Shown: positions 14,284-28,495, counted from the first letter of the stretch. The stretch: DNA of 64,000 nucleotides from Ramazzottius varieornatus (GCA_001949185.1 BDGG01000004.1:3363625-3427624); one strand, 5' to 3'. Program-made: numbers and translations. Notes: generated by a model not told the origin, from the sequence alone.

Positions 14284-14702
14284 ATGAAGTAAGATCGCGG
14301 TTAGGGTATCAACTGATCCCGTCGTCGTGGTTGGTACGAGATACATGCTGTTGCTTTCGCAGATTTTCTCTAGTGAGATATGCTTCGGATCACGCAGAAG
14401 AAGCTCACCTGAAGGGATGGCAAAAGTATTACAATACATACACAATCATTGGAAGGCGGAACGTGAGTACTGGAATCCCCTCTCCCTTGTTCCTTATGTA
14501 CGTGCTACCGATCTGAGCGCACATAGCGTAAGATTTCCCTTTTGTGTTGCAGATTGCTTACTCTACCTTTGCGATGTTGGGCGTCCTTGGACTCTACTTA
14601 AAGTTTAAGCCCAGCAAAAAAACAACGACTGGCCATCTGGATAATCAGAACGTGAACGAACATGATCAGCCCCATGTGACTGGTGGCAAGAAGAGGCATT
14701 AA
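14284..14702 (+). CDS. ATP5MK: ATP synthase membrane subunit DAPIT/USMG5 (84 aa)
   Basis: Exons 14284-14288, 14363-14462 and 14553-14702 give MKFSLVRYASDHAEEAHLKGWQKYYNTYTIIGRRNIAYSTFAMLGVLGLYLKFKPSKK..., matching the DAPIT motif GxxKYFNSYTxxGRxN plus a single TM helix. Confidence 0.85.
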
Positions 14703-15111
14703 GCTTTGCCTACAAATGTGGCTTTGCGTGAAGAATTGGATGTGTGATATTCCTTATTGTTCTACAGTACTACCACACGGGTGTCAAAAAAGAATACTGC
14801 GTCTTACGTTATATGTTTGTAGTTTCTGCATCAGAATGTTCTAAGTTCAAGTGCTACAGTCTTGGCGTGTCCAAACTCCCGAAGGTGCGAAGACCGCATT
14901 CATAAGGTTGGAATCTTCAACGGCATAAAGGCTGCTGTCAGCAGACGATCGAAACTGAACTCACTAGACCGATGGAAACTGACAGTCAAACGACGGAGAC
15001 CTCTACTGAATCAATGCGTCACGAAAGAAGGATTTCTTGCGAACTCGCATGAATCCACGCAACACAGGTAGGGACCGTAAGCTATGGAGAACCGACAAGG
15101 AAGTAATGGAA

Positions 15112-16244
15112 TCAGCTTTTGTTTCCCGTCAAAGAAAACTTGTTAGGACCAGGATAGTTTTCGACAACCAAGGTCTTCCACACGCGGACTGTCACGGTTA
15201 TCTTTCCCTTGGCGATTGCGTTACCGATCTCATCAACCACAATACGCTGTACGTCCAGAAACTCTGGGTTATTTTCGTTGTATCCGATAACGACGTCAAG
15301 CTCATCTCCGACAGCAGCCTAAATCGAGTAAGAGAACGAGATAAACAAATTGTCGTGCCCAGAGAATATCTTTTCTGGCCTTCGCTGTAACCAGAGTTTT
15401 CCAAGAACCGATGAAACTTGCAAAGCGCCAGTGTACTTACTTCGGCGCTCTTTTTCGTCACTTTTTCGCCATTCAACCGCAGGCGACCTTCGTAAAACAT
15501 CTCCTCAGCTTTTCTAGAAGATAGCAAACAACATTGATAAGACTGAAGGAATGGCTCTCGTCTCAAACAGGATAAAAACTCATGGTGTCTCATGTGAGAC
15601 ATCAACTAGGCGGACATACGTTCGAGATGCATTAAGCCCTGCCTTTATCAGCGAATCCAGCCGAGGTGAAATTACATAGATCTTCATATCCTTCCATTCT
15701 TTCGGCTCCGAAGAACTGTCCTCTTCGACTACGCTCGTCTCCTCGTCTTCATCAAGGTTTTCCTAGGGACAAAGACGAGTACGAATAAGTTAAGTGCAGT
15801 CATTTTGGGTAATCATATACATATGATAATGACAGACTCCACAGTGTCAACTGGTCAGTATAACGTCTCTGACTTCATTTTGGACATACAAATATACTCC
15901 TAGTTTACCTGAGCCTCCATAGGTCTGGCACTTTTCTTCTTGAACCTCCGCTGAGTTGTAGTCTGGATGGAAGGATGTAACAGTGCGCTCTCAGTTGACG
16001 TGGTCAGATAGCCACGCGAGAAAGCGCAGTCGCATAGCGGACCGTCGTTTCTTGGTGCAGCAGCCCGGATGTATGGATAAGGTGAGCTCGCGGCAGTATG
16101 CGTCGAAAGTAGAAGATTACTCCTTGGAGTGGAGCAACTTTCCATATAACGCGCGCATCGTAGCGCCGCAGCAGGAAGGTTACCGCGTTGCCGAACAGAT
16201 GATCCCATCGACAGGACGAAGTACCTCATCCGGTTGGCTGCCAT
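15112..16244 (-). CDS. MTRES1: Mitochondrial transcription rescue factor 1 (C6orf203, S4-like RNA-binding domain)
   Basis: Arg-rich presequence, an acidic stretch, then SPRLDSLIKAGLNASRT|KAEEMFYEGRLRLNGEKVTKKSAE|AAVGDELDVVIG...VRVWKTL. TGA at 15112. Confidence 0.85.
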
Positions 16245-16410
16245 CGTGAACTTTACCGCTGAGGCCTGCAGGTACCTCCGGATCCGGAGACCAAGTCTGG
16301 AAGAGGACTGGAATACAGGGAACTGGATAGATAAACTGGAAGTGTCAAAGCTGAGTGGCGATTAGCAAACTAGCGAACCAACTCAGCTGTCTTTCGTCAT
16401 CATGTCGTTG

Positions 16411-16427
16411 AGTATGTCATGTCATAC
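16411..16427. promoter_or_regulatory. Candidate promoter motif AGTATGTCATGTCATAC upstream of MTRES1
   Basis: Exact copy of 5520-5536, with flanking GTCATCATGTC and ATGACAT half-sites. Confidence 0.45.
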
Positions 16428-16466
16428 CGATGACATAATCCTGTTGGTTCTATTCATAAGAATTTT

Positions 16467-16595
16467 AGTACTGTAATGCTTCATGAACTTCGCGAATTGT
16501 GTCAGAGTAAGAGTGTGCTGTTTGCGTTATCATACCTGTAGAGCCCACGCGCTTTATGACGTCACTTCACGGAGTTCATGAAGCATTGCAGTAGT
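16467..16595. repeat. Imperfect inverted repeat (30-bp arms) between divergent genes
   Basis: 16467-16496 AGTACTGTAATGCTTCATGAACTTCGCGAA versus the reverse complement of 16566-16595, ACTACTGCAATGCTTCATGAACTCCGTGAA (26/30 identical). Confidence 0.8.
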
Positions 16596-16861
16596 ATTTA
16601 ATCGTGAAATTAAAATGATTAATTTTGGTTCTGTATGCTTTCCTCGGCGCCGCGCTCTCCAGTTTCCGTCCCGAAAATCTCGTTAACACTGTTGAAGCTC
16701 TTTCAGGTTGGACGCCAACCCTCGCTTAGGTTCCTAGAAGACGATTGATCATCTTGGCCAGTAAGTGCGACCGGACGCTGTTCTGACGACTGAACTGGGG
16801 ACATGTGATGAAAACATTCACATTTTGACGTTAATGAGGGTAGATCTAGACGATAACTGGC

Positions 16862-18346
16862 ATGACGGACAAAGCCCCTACTGGAGCCAAGAGTGGCACA
16901 GCAGCTTCCACCTCATCTACACAAGCACCTTCCGCAAGAAGCACTCATGCACCACGGATATCTTCGGTACGACCAAGACAACTGACTCCAGCAGAAGCTG
17001 CGTTACTACCTCCGGAAAATGTGATGGAAGCTGGAGGCAACTTTTACGAACATCCGAATACCACTGCGAAGCGCAGACGACTTGGTGAGCCAAGCTCCGC
17101 GGACAAGAACGTCCCCTGCATAAGTCCTGCCACTCCGAGGCCGAAACTACCCGACCTTACGAAAGAGACGATGCCTCCCGCGCTTCTGGGAATTGGATTG
17201 GTCTTTGATGAAGACGCACCCATCAAACAGGAACCTGACTTGCCAGTCCCTACTCCTGTTTCACCGCAGTATCCTTCTAGGTCTGAAACAGTCATGCAGG
17301 ACCAGAGTAACGTTCCACCGGAAGTTCGGATAAAGCGTTAGAAACTTTCTGTTCTTTCGAAATGAATAAATTTAACACTTTTGCTATCTATTTGCAGAAG
17401 AGGAGACCGAAGCACAGCTACCGAACTCGGAAGTTCAAATCGATGTTCCAGTCGAAATTCCGGCCGAGGTCCCACCAGTCCCAGCGCAGCCCGCTAGCAT
17501 TCTTCCGTCGACCAGCAGCTCCGTCACAGATTCCGCTGCATCGAGCCTTAGGGCTCGTACTTCGCCATCTTCTTCTGCGCAAGCTCCACTTCCAGAAACT
17601 TCGACTGTACAGGTACCGGAAGTGATACTTCCGGCAGCAGAGCTTCCAAGCGCGGAAGCTCTAGGCTAAAAGGCTTCCGAACCCGAAGTTCCAAACTTGG
17701 AAGCGTCGAAAGATCCAGCTGACGAAGGACCACTGCCGGGTGCAGTCACGCCCGGTGCGGAAACTCCAAACGAAAGAGGTCCGACCGCGGAAACTCAAGA
17801 CGTCGAAATGCCAGACGCAGATTCGGCGAAGATCGACACTGCGACTATAGTAAACTTCCCCGAGGAAACTGAGACAGTAGAGACCTTTCATTAGGTCGCT
17901 CTAGAAGCACCAGATTATGCTGACTGCGATCTTCAGGATATTCCAAAGTTTCAGGGAAGAGTCGAGAGAATCATCGGAATGCGCAGCGAACCTAACTCGT
18001 TGGAGCCACAGTATCTTGTTCAAATGTGAGTATACAGTAAGTCTGTTATACAATGAAGAAAGTTCTTGCCTTCTCGTGGCCACGTGGTGTGATACATGAA
18101 CTTTCTTCACTGTATGTCTCGCTTGCTGTTTTGGTACTTACGTTGCCGAGTTGACAGAAGATTTTCTGGCGACAGGGTTGGTGCATCGAATCTCATCGTT
18201 GTACCACAGTGGTTCTTCAGTTGGACAGACGAGCACAAAAGTGCATGGCGCAGTTCGCTCTGGAGAATGCCAACCTGGAAAAAATTTCTTTGTCGGACTA
18301 TGAGAAGGATAACAGAATGACTTTTATCCGCGGTAATGACTACTAA
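16862..18346 (+). pseudogene. Disrupted gene: long Pro/Glu/Ser-rich disordered region plus C-terminal chromoshadow-like domain
   Basis: Exons approx. 16862-17306, 17398-~17876, 17937-18025 and 18158-18346. An in-frame TAA at 17667-17669 is followed by same-frame coding-like sequence (ORF 17697-17894). C-terminus RVERIIGMRSEPNSLEPQYLVQIRF...NLIVVP...HK/KCMAQFALEN with a probable 1-nt frameshift near 18237-18241. Confidence 0.5.
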
Positions 18347-18779
18347 TGGTTTTTGACGAGAAATTCAGCGGATTCTAGGCTACGTCATCGGTCTTCGATT
18401 CTAAGACAGGATTTTTTGTTTGCAGGTACTTCCACGGTTAACGCGAACAGTGGCGGTTAATTGTCGGGAAGTGTTTACGTGGTACGAATACGCACTTTGA
18501 CTCGTCGTCTGTCTCCGTTCACCCACTAGTACACGTGGACCTGTTTTGTGGAAGACACAAGTGTTCGCTCCGGTTACGTGTCGCCTTGTCCGATAGATTA
18601 GTTCTTCTTGTTTGAGAGACCAAAGACCCTCCTTTGTCCGGTACGACGACATATCAGGTGGGAAGGTATGACTTGTCGGCTGCTGCCGGACACGAACTCA
18701 AACTGCTTTTCTCCCATTTGCTTTTAGTCTATTCTCTCAGACTTTTCACAAACTGGTGCACCGTAAACCAACTCTCAAG

Positions 18780-19789
18780 TTTGTTCCGAAACATCCAATT
18801 CACTGATGATTCTCGAGCTGCGAGGCCGGTTGAACAGAAGCGAACTTTTTTGTCAAAATCCCGACATTTTCGAAGAAAAAGTTTTCCGGACCGGCCTAAT
18901 CCCTTCAAAACTGCTTTCCGGACTATAACCAGATGAGTGCACTTTCGAAAACAGTACCGAGTTCTTTCAGAAAGCGTTCGCTGTCAAAATTTCCCTGCAG
19001 AAATCCAGGAAAAAGTTCAAAACTTAATTGGTGGTGTCTGAGAACAGAAAGTGTCTAACCCCAAATTCGCCTTGAGTGAAGGTCTACCGAAACTTTTCCA
19101 AAAGTCCTTTAGGCGGGAAAAATTAGATCTCGCTACTTCACTAAAATAGCGCATTACGCAGCTTATTTCAGCACCCGAAAAACACAAGTTCCCGTTTTTC
19201 AAATTTCAAGAATTTTAATGTCATGGCTCCTGGGTCTCGGTACCGAGACCCGACTTTGTTCTGCAGAATGATATCGCTCGCACTCAAGTCGTTCGATCCG
19301 GTTCCGGAAGAACAAAGTTTGAAAGATGGGCGAAAATACTTTCTCATGGGAGCTGGAAGTTATAGTCTTGCTGTGAGAGAACAGGGAGTGTTTGTTGATG
19401 AGACATGCCGGAGAACCGAAGAACTAACCAAGCTTGCGAAAAAAAATTTGAAAAATGTTTTCTCGAAGACCGACAAATCATACTTCCCCACCTGATAGCT
19501 CTCTTACACAACTTTAATCGAAATAATCAATGGCTAGGTTTACGTGTCAACCCCAGAGTTCGCCGAACTTCAGGCAGATGATAAAATTTTCTTATCGGAT
19601 ACTTTGAGTGGCATGTTGTTGCGAGGAAATATCCATTATTATGCCCTCAAAATGGGTGAACAGTGCATAATGAGAAGCTCTGGGACGGACAAAGAGAACA
19701 TCTGCAGACGTTCGCGACGAGTTTCGCTCCAAAATAGGCAAGAGCAGCTCACACGTGGCTCTTCATTGCCTGGGATGACATCAATTTGA
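18780..19789 (+). pseudogene. Degraded intronless coding-like sequence of unknown origin
   Basis: ORFs 19223-19495 and 19544-19789 share a frame and are separated by only a few stops. Upstream A-rich sequence reads as interrupted peptide (NFPAEIQEKVQNLIGGV*EQKVSNPKF...). No recognised domain. Confidence 0.25.
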
Positions 19790-20234
19790 TGTTCAGGTGC
19801 AGCAAAGCTTGTCTTCTTGCGTGTTGTCATGAGTTTCGGGGAAAGTGGGAACTGGCGGAAAGGTTTTTCGGTTGACCCCTGTTATGACCGAAAACCTGTT
19901 GCGCTCGTACGCGTTTCTTATGCTTACGTCACGTGCCAACGTACGAACGAACTCTTGTTCAGTCAGCTGATCACAGGCCGGAAAGCGCTGCCTGCACCTG
20001 ATGGTCTTGTTGGTGTCTTTCCTTATTTCCACTCGTCACTCCGTTTCCGTTTCGCATCATCCTCCCTTCTTCTGCCGACACGTTTCCCGTATTAACTAGA
20101 CACTACTTAAGTTAGGGAAGGACTGGATGTACAGGTTAGTTTATCGACACTGTCTATGAATAAGGCCAATGATTTTGAGAAGTATACAGCACGTATCCTT
20201 TGTTCTCTAGTAAGACGTTCAAGTCCTCCCGATC

Positions 20235-21963
<1,729 letters not shown>

Positions 21964-22662
21964 GCTTTCCTCCAGTTGTTTTTTTCTACTTTCCTTTCTC
22001 AATGTACATTTTTCTAAGACTTAGTGTTAGCTAGTTCGACTTCATGACTTCGGTCCATTACCTTTAGTGTGATCAATTTTCACATTCAATTTAGCTTATG
22101 CACAGTTGTTCATATCGATGAAACCTTCGACAGCAACGATTCCTTGTAATATCCCGATCGAAAAATCTAGTAGTAAAATACGTAAGTTTCGAAGTCAGAG
22201 TTGCGCATAAGTATTTGGCACACCGTTATGTATAACAACACAAAATACTGTTAATGACCATCAAACTGAGCAATTCAAAATGAAAGTAGAACTTAAAAGG
22301 AGACCTCACAAACTAACAAAAACTAATCAAACAATTCGTTAACTGAAGAACTGAGTTCGAAGGCAAGAACTAATCTCCGGGCAAGAAGGCACGAGTATGT
22401 AGGAGGGTAGTAGAGTATTGGCACATGAAAAGGCACGAGGAGAATATCAGTGAAAGAGTAACCTGCACCGGTTAACAAAGATCAGTGTTAGGAAATCCTA
22501 GCTTGTTCATGGCGAGTTACAGTAGATGGCTGCTATGAGTTTGGCACCAACCTGCATTAGCGCGAGCGAGAACCCCAACTTCCGGTCGTTATTGAGAAGG
22601 GTGAGTTAGATATTCAGCGGATGCCCAACACCCAGAATGCTCATCCCACCAGATTAGTAAAT

Positions 22663-25600
22663 TTAGCCGGAAGGAGTGAGAGAGTTACCAAAGAGTTGCG
22701 TCGTTGGAGCAGAAGCCGTGGCTGTTACAGCGCTGCCAGAGGTTGCCGGTACAACGCGCGAGTACGGAGTCATAGTGCGCGAGGTCCCCAGATGCCGCTT
22801 GGTTTTAGTAACACCACCTGAAGCAAGTCAAGTTAGGTTAGCCATATCAAGGAATTTGCGACCAGAGGTTGTGGACCTGTCGACCTGTCGACCTGTGGTC
22901 CACTGATCCACAGTGGTTGAATTGTTAAAATCATTAGGAAAGAGTCCCCGGCCCGCACGCACCAGAAATTAGTTTACCGTAGTCAAAAAGCCCACACTTC
23001 CCATGTTGCTCCGTACCACCACCACCACCACCACAGAGTTCTAACCAAGCAGTGCAAGCAAGAAGCAAAAGCCATGCAAACTAAATTATATTAAAATTCA
23101 GAGGATGATTTGCCTATGCGTCTTGAATACTTCGTACTTCGTGTGGTTCCTTGATTGAAATGGCTAAAGGATTTTAGTGATGAAACTGAAAGCTCTTCAT
23201 TGATCACAGCAGACGGTTCCTGCTCGAATTTTTTGGTACTGTACGAACGTCGATAACAGTGTTTCACAAGTTTTCGCAATTTATTTTAGAAAACACCGTA
23301 TGTGAAGGGAGGTAGTAAACCAGCTCGAAGGAATGTAGAATTTCCGACACGGAATGAGATGACTAAAAACAGAGCTAGCATATAGGCATACGAGACATGC
23401 AAGCACAGTGCGGCAGTTCCAAAAGACTACAATACACAAGGCACAAAATAAACGACAAAAGACCAAAAAGGTCATAGTGAGAAGAGGATGGAGCGCATGC
23501 ACTGAGTATACGAGTACAAACCACAATCATGACACAAGGCAAAAAATGAGACAAGCGCAAAAGGCACAAGAACCAAAAAAGAGGGAATTTTCTCGCGCAT
23601 TATGATCAAAGAAAACAAGGCGATTATTTCAATAAAAAATAGTGTGCGCCTGTCGTTTCGTGGTCACTTCTCATCATAATGAAAAAGCTATAGTCTTTCA
23701 CACAATTTAAGCAGACTAGAACAAAGAGAGGAGTGGCGGTACACGCCTTGGTGAGTTTTGTACTGGCTTGGGCTCCTTCGGAAGGACCCAGTATGCATGT
23801 TTACCCAAGAAGTTAACCCTTACAAAGACCCACACAACCAACAGGACTAACGATGCAGATTGTGGAACCCACCGGCATTGTGGGCTTCTTGCAGCAGCCC
23901 GTACTCGTTGAGGATGGAGACGGCCAAGGCGGGGTTGTACTGCGCGTAACCGGAAGGATCGTACTGGTGGAAGAGTAGACCAGCTGCCGCAGCGGCGGCT
24001 GTCGCGTCGGAAAGGCTAAACTGGGTGTTCTGAAGAGACATCGGCTGATGCTGATGTTGACGGGGAGAATGGTTGAGGATCAGCGAGTTGCCGGCCAGCG
24101 ACTGACGCTGCATGTTGTTGGTCAGGACAGCTGGCATGAAGGACTGAGCATTCATGTAGTACTCTGTAACGAGACCCACAGGAACGATCAGGACTGTTCG
24201 AAAGCAACAAGTGAATGAGGTAGAGTTCCATCAGGAATTTGAAAGGGGAGATGGATACACTTACGTGAATTTCCGCCTGTCGTCAACATTTGCTGAGGCT
24301 TCGGGCTGCTGTCGCGGTATGTTCCGTTCAGGATGGCAAGTTCCATCAACTGGCGCTTCTTCAGCTCGTCCTCGGCTTCCGACTACACAATCAATGAACC
24401 ACAAAGTCAGACGGCATTTCATCGTACCAAAACTTTTTGTTGAACAAGGAACTTACACAGGGTTTGAGCAGCTTGTTGATCTCGTCCACAGCTCGGTCCA
24501 GCTTGGCGCGAGCTCGTGCTGGGGTGTCGTGGACATTGATGAGAACATGCAGCTCGTCGTTGAGATGTTCCCAGTTGGGCTTTCCCTTGTTGGCCATTTC
24601 CTGCAGAATAAAAATGATGATTATTGGAGCATTTCTAATTTGGAACACGCTTATTCAATTAGAATGGCAAAACAAAGCGGTGTTGTGTCGGATGTTAATA
24701 GGTAGTCAGCTGTCATCATTAAAGATGGCGGCGTGACAAGTGCCATCAAGTGGCACCAGTGGCAGAAACTCACCAAGCCCAACCATTTGATCCTTAGCTA
24801 CTGTCAGTTTGTACCTTATTCTTGTCACGCATCGATCCTTTGCCGCGAATCATAATCTTGCAGCCCGTTTGCTTCTCCAGTTCCTTGGCTGTCAGCCCAC
24901 GCGGTCCAAGAATGCGTCCCACAAAGTTGAACTGCAAAAACAGAAGAAGACGAGCACACCATTAGTTAACAGTCGGAAGTTAATGAAAAACGAGGCAACA
25001 GTCGAGCAACTGACAGAGCTTTTCAAAACAGATCATCATGGCGTTTCAATAAACGCTCTGCTTATCTCTCCCGCCTCCTCGTTTCTCAAACTTATTAACA
25101 GCCGACGCAAAATGGCAACATTTTGGTGCTCAAGAGAAGTCTCGAGGCAGACGTCACCAATCTGTCACTGTGTATCGCTGGCTGCAAAAAACGTCTCTTG
25201 GCCTAACTGTAACTTTGACACGGCGGTGAAAGATCAAAGACTTCTCAAATAGCCTCCGCCACTTTTCTCCTCCAGCGGACTGAGCAAGAAAAATGAGCAG
25301 CATACTCGAAACTTTATGCTGGCTTTACGTAAAGCCCTTCCTAGCTTCCCTCCCTTCATTAACTGCATCTGCAATCCATCACTAATGAAAGCAACAAACT
25401 AGGCGGGATGTTCTCAATAAATATCAACTACTGTCGTGCTCTACTATCGCCGCTCTTCGCTCATCAGTTCATCAGCTGTCAGAAAAACTCTGGCAAAAGG
25501 ACAGTTCTTCGCACACCAAGACCCTCATTGCATGTGCAAACACCCCACAAATCTGTCCACTACACCACATTCTTCTCGCCAAATTTCATCCTCAACTTTC

Positions 25601-26884
25601 AAATCTTCAGACCCATTCCTCCACTATGCCATAATCTGTCCACCAAAAACTCATATCGACTTTGCCTAAAAGACAAACTTCTACCAAGCGTGACTATTCG
25701 AAAAACGCGCACTTCCTGGTTCCCCTTCTTGCGTTAGGGAATTCATCTTGATGTGTCTTTCAGATATGTAAAGGCAGGATTTTGCGGAAAACTTGTCCGT
25801 TCTTTGCGTTTTCCCACAAAGATGTAGAAATGGAGAAAAGCATAGTGACTTACGTCGGGGTATTCTTTGACAGGAACGTAGACTTTGTCCGTCAGGTCGA
25901 CAGCGACGGCTCCCTGTTCTTCCGGCAGGATAAGAGGCTCTTTGCCACCGTTGAGTTGGAACAAGTTGATACGCACTTTGCTGATTTCTGCAATGGATAC
26001 ACCAAGAGTCAATATTTAAACAGGTCCAATAATCAAACATTAGTGGCCACCATCAACCACTTATCCAATCACCATCGTGTGCCTCCCCAAGATGACACGA
26101 AAATCCATCTTTTGAGAAACACACGACCTTTTCCCAACCACAAAGTCAAAACGCTTCTTCTCAGAAGACTTTAGAGTCTATTAATCATCAATGAAGAGAA
26201 CACCCGCTGTATAATTTGAAGAAAGAAGAGCGCGGTTTGAATTATTCGCCACTAATCGGTCACGCTCAGCTGGTCACTTTTTTCTCGCAGCACCAAACGA
26301 GATTGCCAAATTCGGTCATCCGTTTCACACAACTTCCAGCACACGTGGCGGTGTGAACACTGAGTTGAGCGAAACACCTATCCTTGGTCACTTCACTACC
26401 CATTCGTGAAGGAGGAAAGGCATGGATAGAACCATGCGATCAATATTACGTAACGGCAGTTTCCTTCCTTACCCTCATCCAGCAAGCGTTCACCGTGGAT
26501 CAGCATACCCGGAACTGCCGACAGCGTCTTCTTTTCCTTGATCAGTTGACTAAGGTACTCGGCCAGGCCAGTGTCCTTACTTCCGGGTGAAGAGCTGATG
26601 AAAGAAGAGACGCCACTGCTGTTGGCGCTGCTGATCCCTGAAGCGCTGGACACGGAAGCGGAAGAATTCAACGTATCGTTGGAGGTGTGGTGAAAGGGAG
26701 AACTCTTTGGACTGAGCGAAGGCGAGCTGGACGTGCTGTGACGGCCTCCTCCGTTGTAGGACTTGGCGCTGGAGTAGTCGTAGGCTCCGCTGGCGCTGGA
26801 GTTGCTGGCTGCCGAGAAGGAACGAGGATCCGCAGGCGAAGCACATCCTGTCGACATTGTGCGAGGCTCAGCACTGGCTGCCAT
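22663..26884 (-). CDS. QKI: Quaking / held out wings STAR-family KH RNA-binding protein (long isoform; short isoform stops at 23847)
   Basis: QUA1 [11 protein letters not shown]...ERLLDE|EISKVR, KH domain [11 protein letters not shown]|[34 protein letters not shown], and QUA2 [21 protein letters not shown]. Distal exon 22817-22663. Confidence 0.92.
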
Positions 26885-28495
26885 TCTTCTGCAAAGAGAC
26901 ACACAGGGCATACGTCAGGAAATATCGTTCATCACTGGAAACAATTTTAGGAAGAGAACAGAGAATCTACAGTTTAGAATCAGAATATTGAATAAGAAAA
27001 AGGGAGGTCAAGGAGAAGTAAACATACCAGATCAAGATGTCGTCCGGAAGCAGTTCAGTCTGGCCACCGAGAAGAAGAGCTGAAGGACGTATCCCTTGCG
27101 AGCGTTAGATCATGAGAAGTGAATAAGTGGGAAGCAAAGAGGGATTACAAAGAGGCGACATGAACAGGGGGAAGAAGAAGGAACAAGTGGACGGTTATTC
27201 AGTGTCCACCGCGTCGTGTGGAAAAGACCAAAAAGCAAGCAAATGATTCAAGATGCAAATCCCCTTGAAAAATCAAAGCTGCACGCTTGATCTCATCGTC
27301 TTACCACGAGAGTTCTTCGACTTTCTCAAGTTAGATCTTTGAGATTGTGGGTGCATGTACGCCTTGCATGCTTCGCTAGTCTCAGCACAAGAAGTCGACT
27401 TGCTACCGCCTGCAGCGGAAAACACAGTTGCAAAATTATTGTACCGGCTTCTTCCAAAGTCATTCATGAACGTTCTGCCTCTCGCTCATAATTTCATACT
27501 TGGATACCAAAATAACTCCACTGGTAAATCACTGTCTTCGATTCTGCGGCCATTCTTCGAGACTGTGACTAATCACAGACGTACAGTGTAGTATGTAAAC
27601 GACTGTGCGTCTTTACTGAACTGGTCACACTTGTTATCTTGTCAACCGATCAACATTCTCTCGCATCCTGTCGCTCTTAACGTCAGATTACGGCAAAGGC
27701 GCCGGAGATCATTTCTTCCTGCAATCAAAAAGACGGAGGACGCAACAACTGAAAATATGAGGGAAACTTTAGGCGTTACCTGATTACGCGAAGCACAAAT
27801 CATCCAGGCGAAATAATCCGCCGTCCACGAATTCGCAGTTTGCAAGAGAAATTTCTTTTGCAGTTTCCCCGGGTTTTGAGGTCGCAATGGACGCTAAGGA
27901 AGACCGAAGGCCCGAAGACCCGAAGACCCTTTCTGATCGGACCACCAGCTCTGCCTCGGCGTCCAGAATTCATGGAATCCTAAAGACTTGGAAAGAACAA
28001 AAACAAAGGCGACTGGAAGCGCCACTGCGAAGCCAAAAAGTCAAGACAACCACGTGTGCTTCCGACGAAACACTCGTGACCGCTGCGTGCACCTATAGGC
28101 AATGCGCAGTCAAATGTGCGGTACCTGAGGCCTGGTGTGCGATTTAAGCTGTATGCATCCGCCTGCCGTGCCATGCACGCTAGAAATTCAAGTGGCGCAG
28201 TAAAGCGTGTTAGACACGTGTGAAGGTGCGCTGTTCGAGCTGAGTGTACGTGCAGATCTGGTGCAAATCCAAGGACAACACGCCCCCAGTGCGTCCTGAC
28301 GAAAATTAAAATCCACAGTTCGCGATGTTAACGTTAACGTCATATCACTTTAATTTGCGGGAAGATCTGTTGTGGATTCCCTTCCGAAGTAGTTTCATAC
28401 CGTAAGTTCCGTTCTGGGTATATGGTAGAGGAAAACGGGAATCCCTTGAGCGTCCCATATCGTCTTACGTCGTCGTGGAGTGAGACGGAGCCAAG

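Noticed and set aside
22311-22375. ACTAAC/ACTAAT quaking-type sites on the plus strand downstream of cathepsin L
   Set aside because: About 350-400 nt past the stop, probably beyond its 3' UTR, and antisense to the quaking transcript.
22870-23033. GACCTGTC mini-repeat and (CCA)n run in the quaking intron
   Set aside because: Ordinary short simple repeats; not CRISPR-like (no spacers, eukaryotic context).
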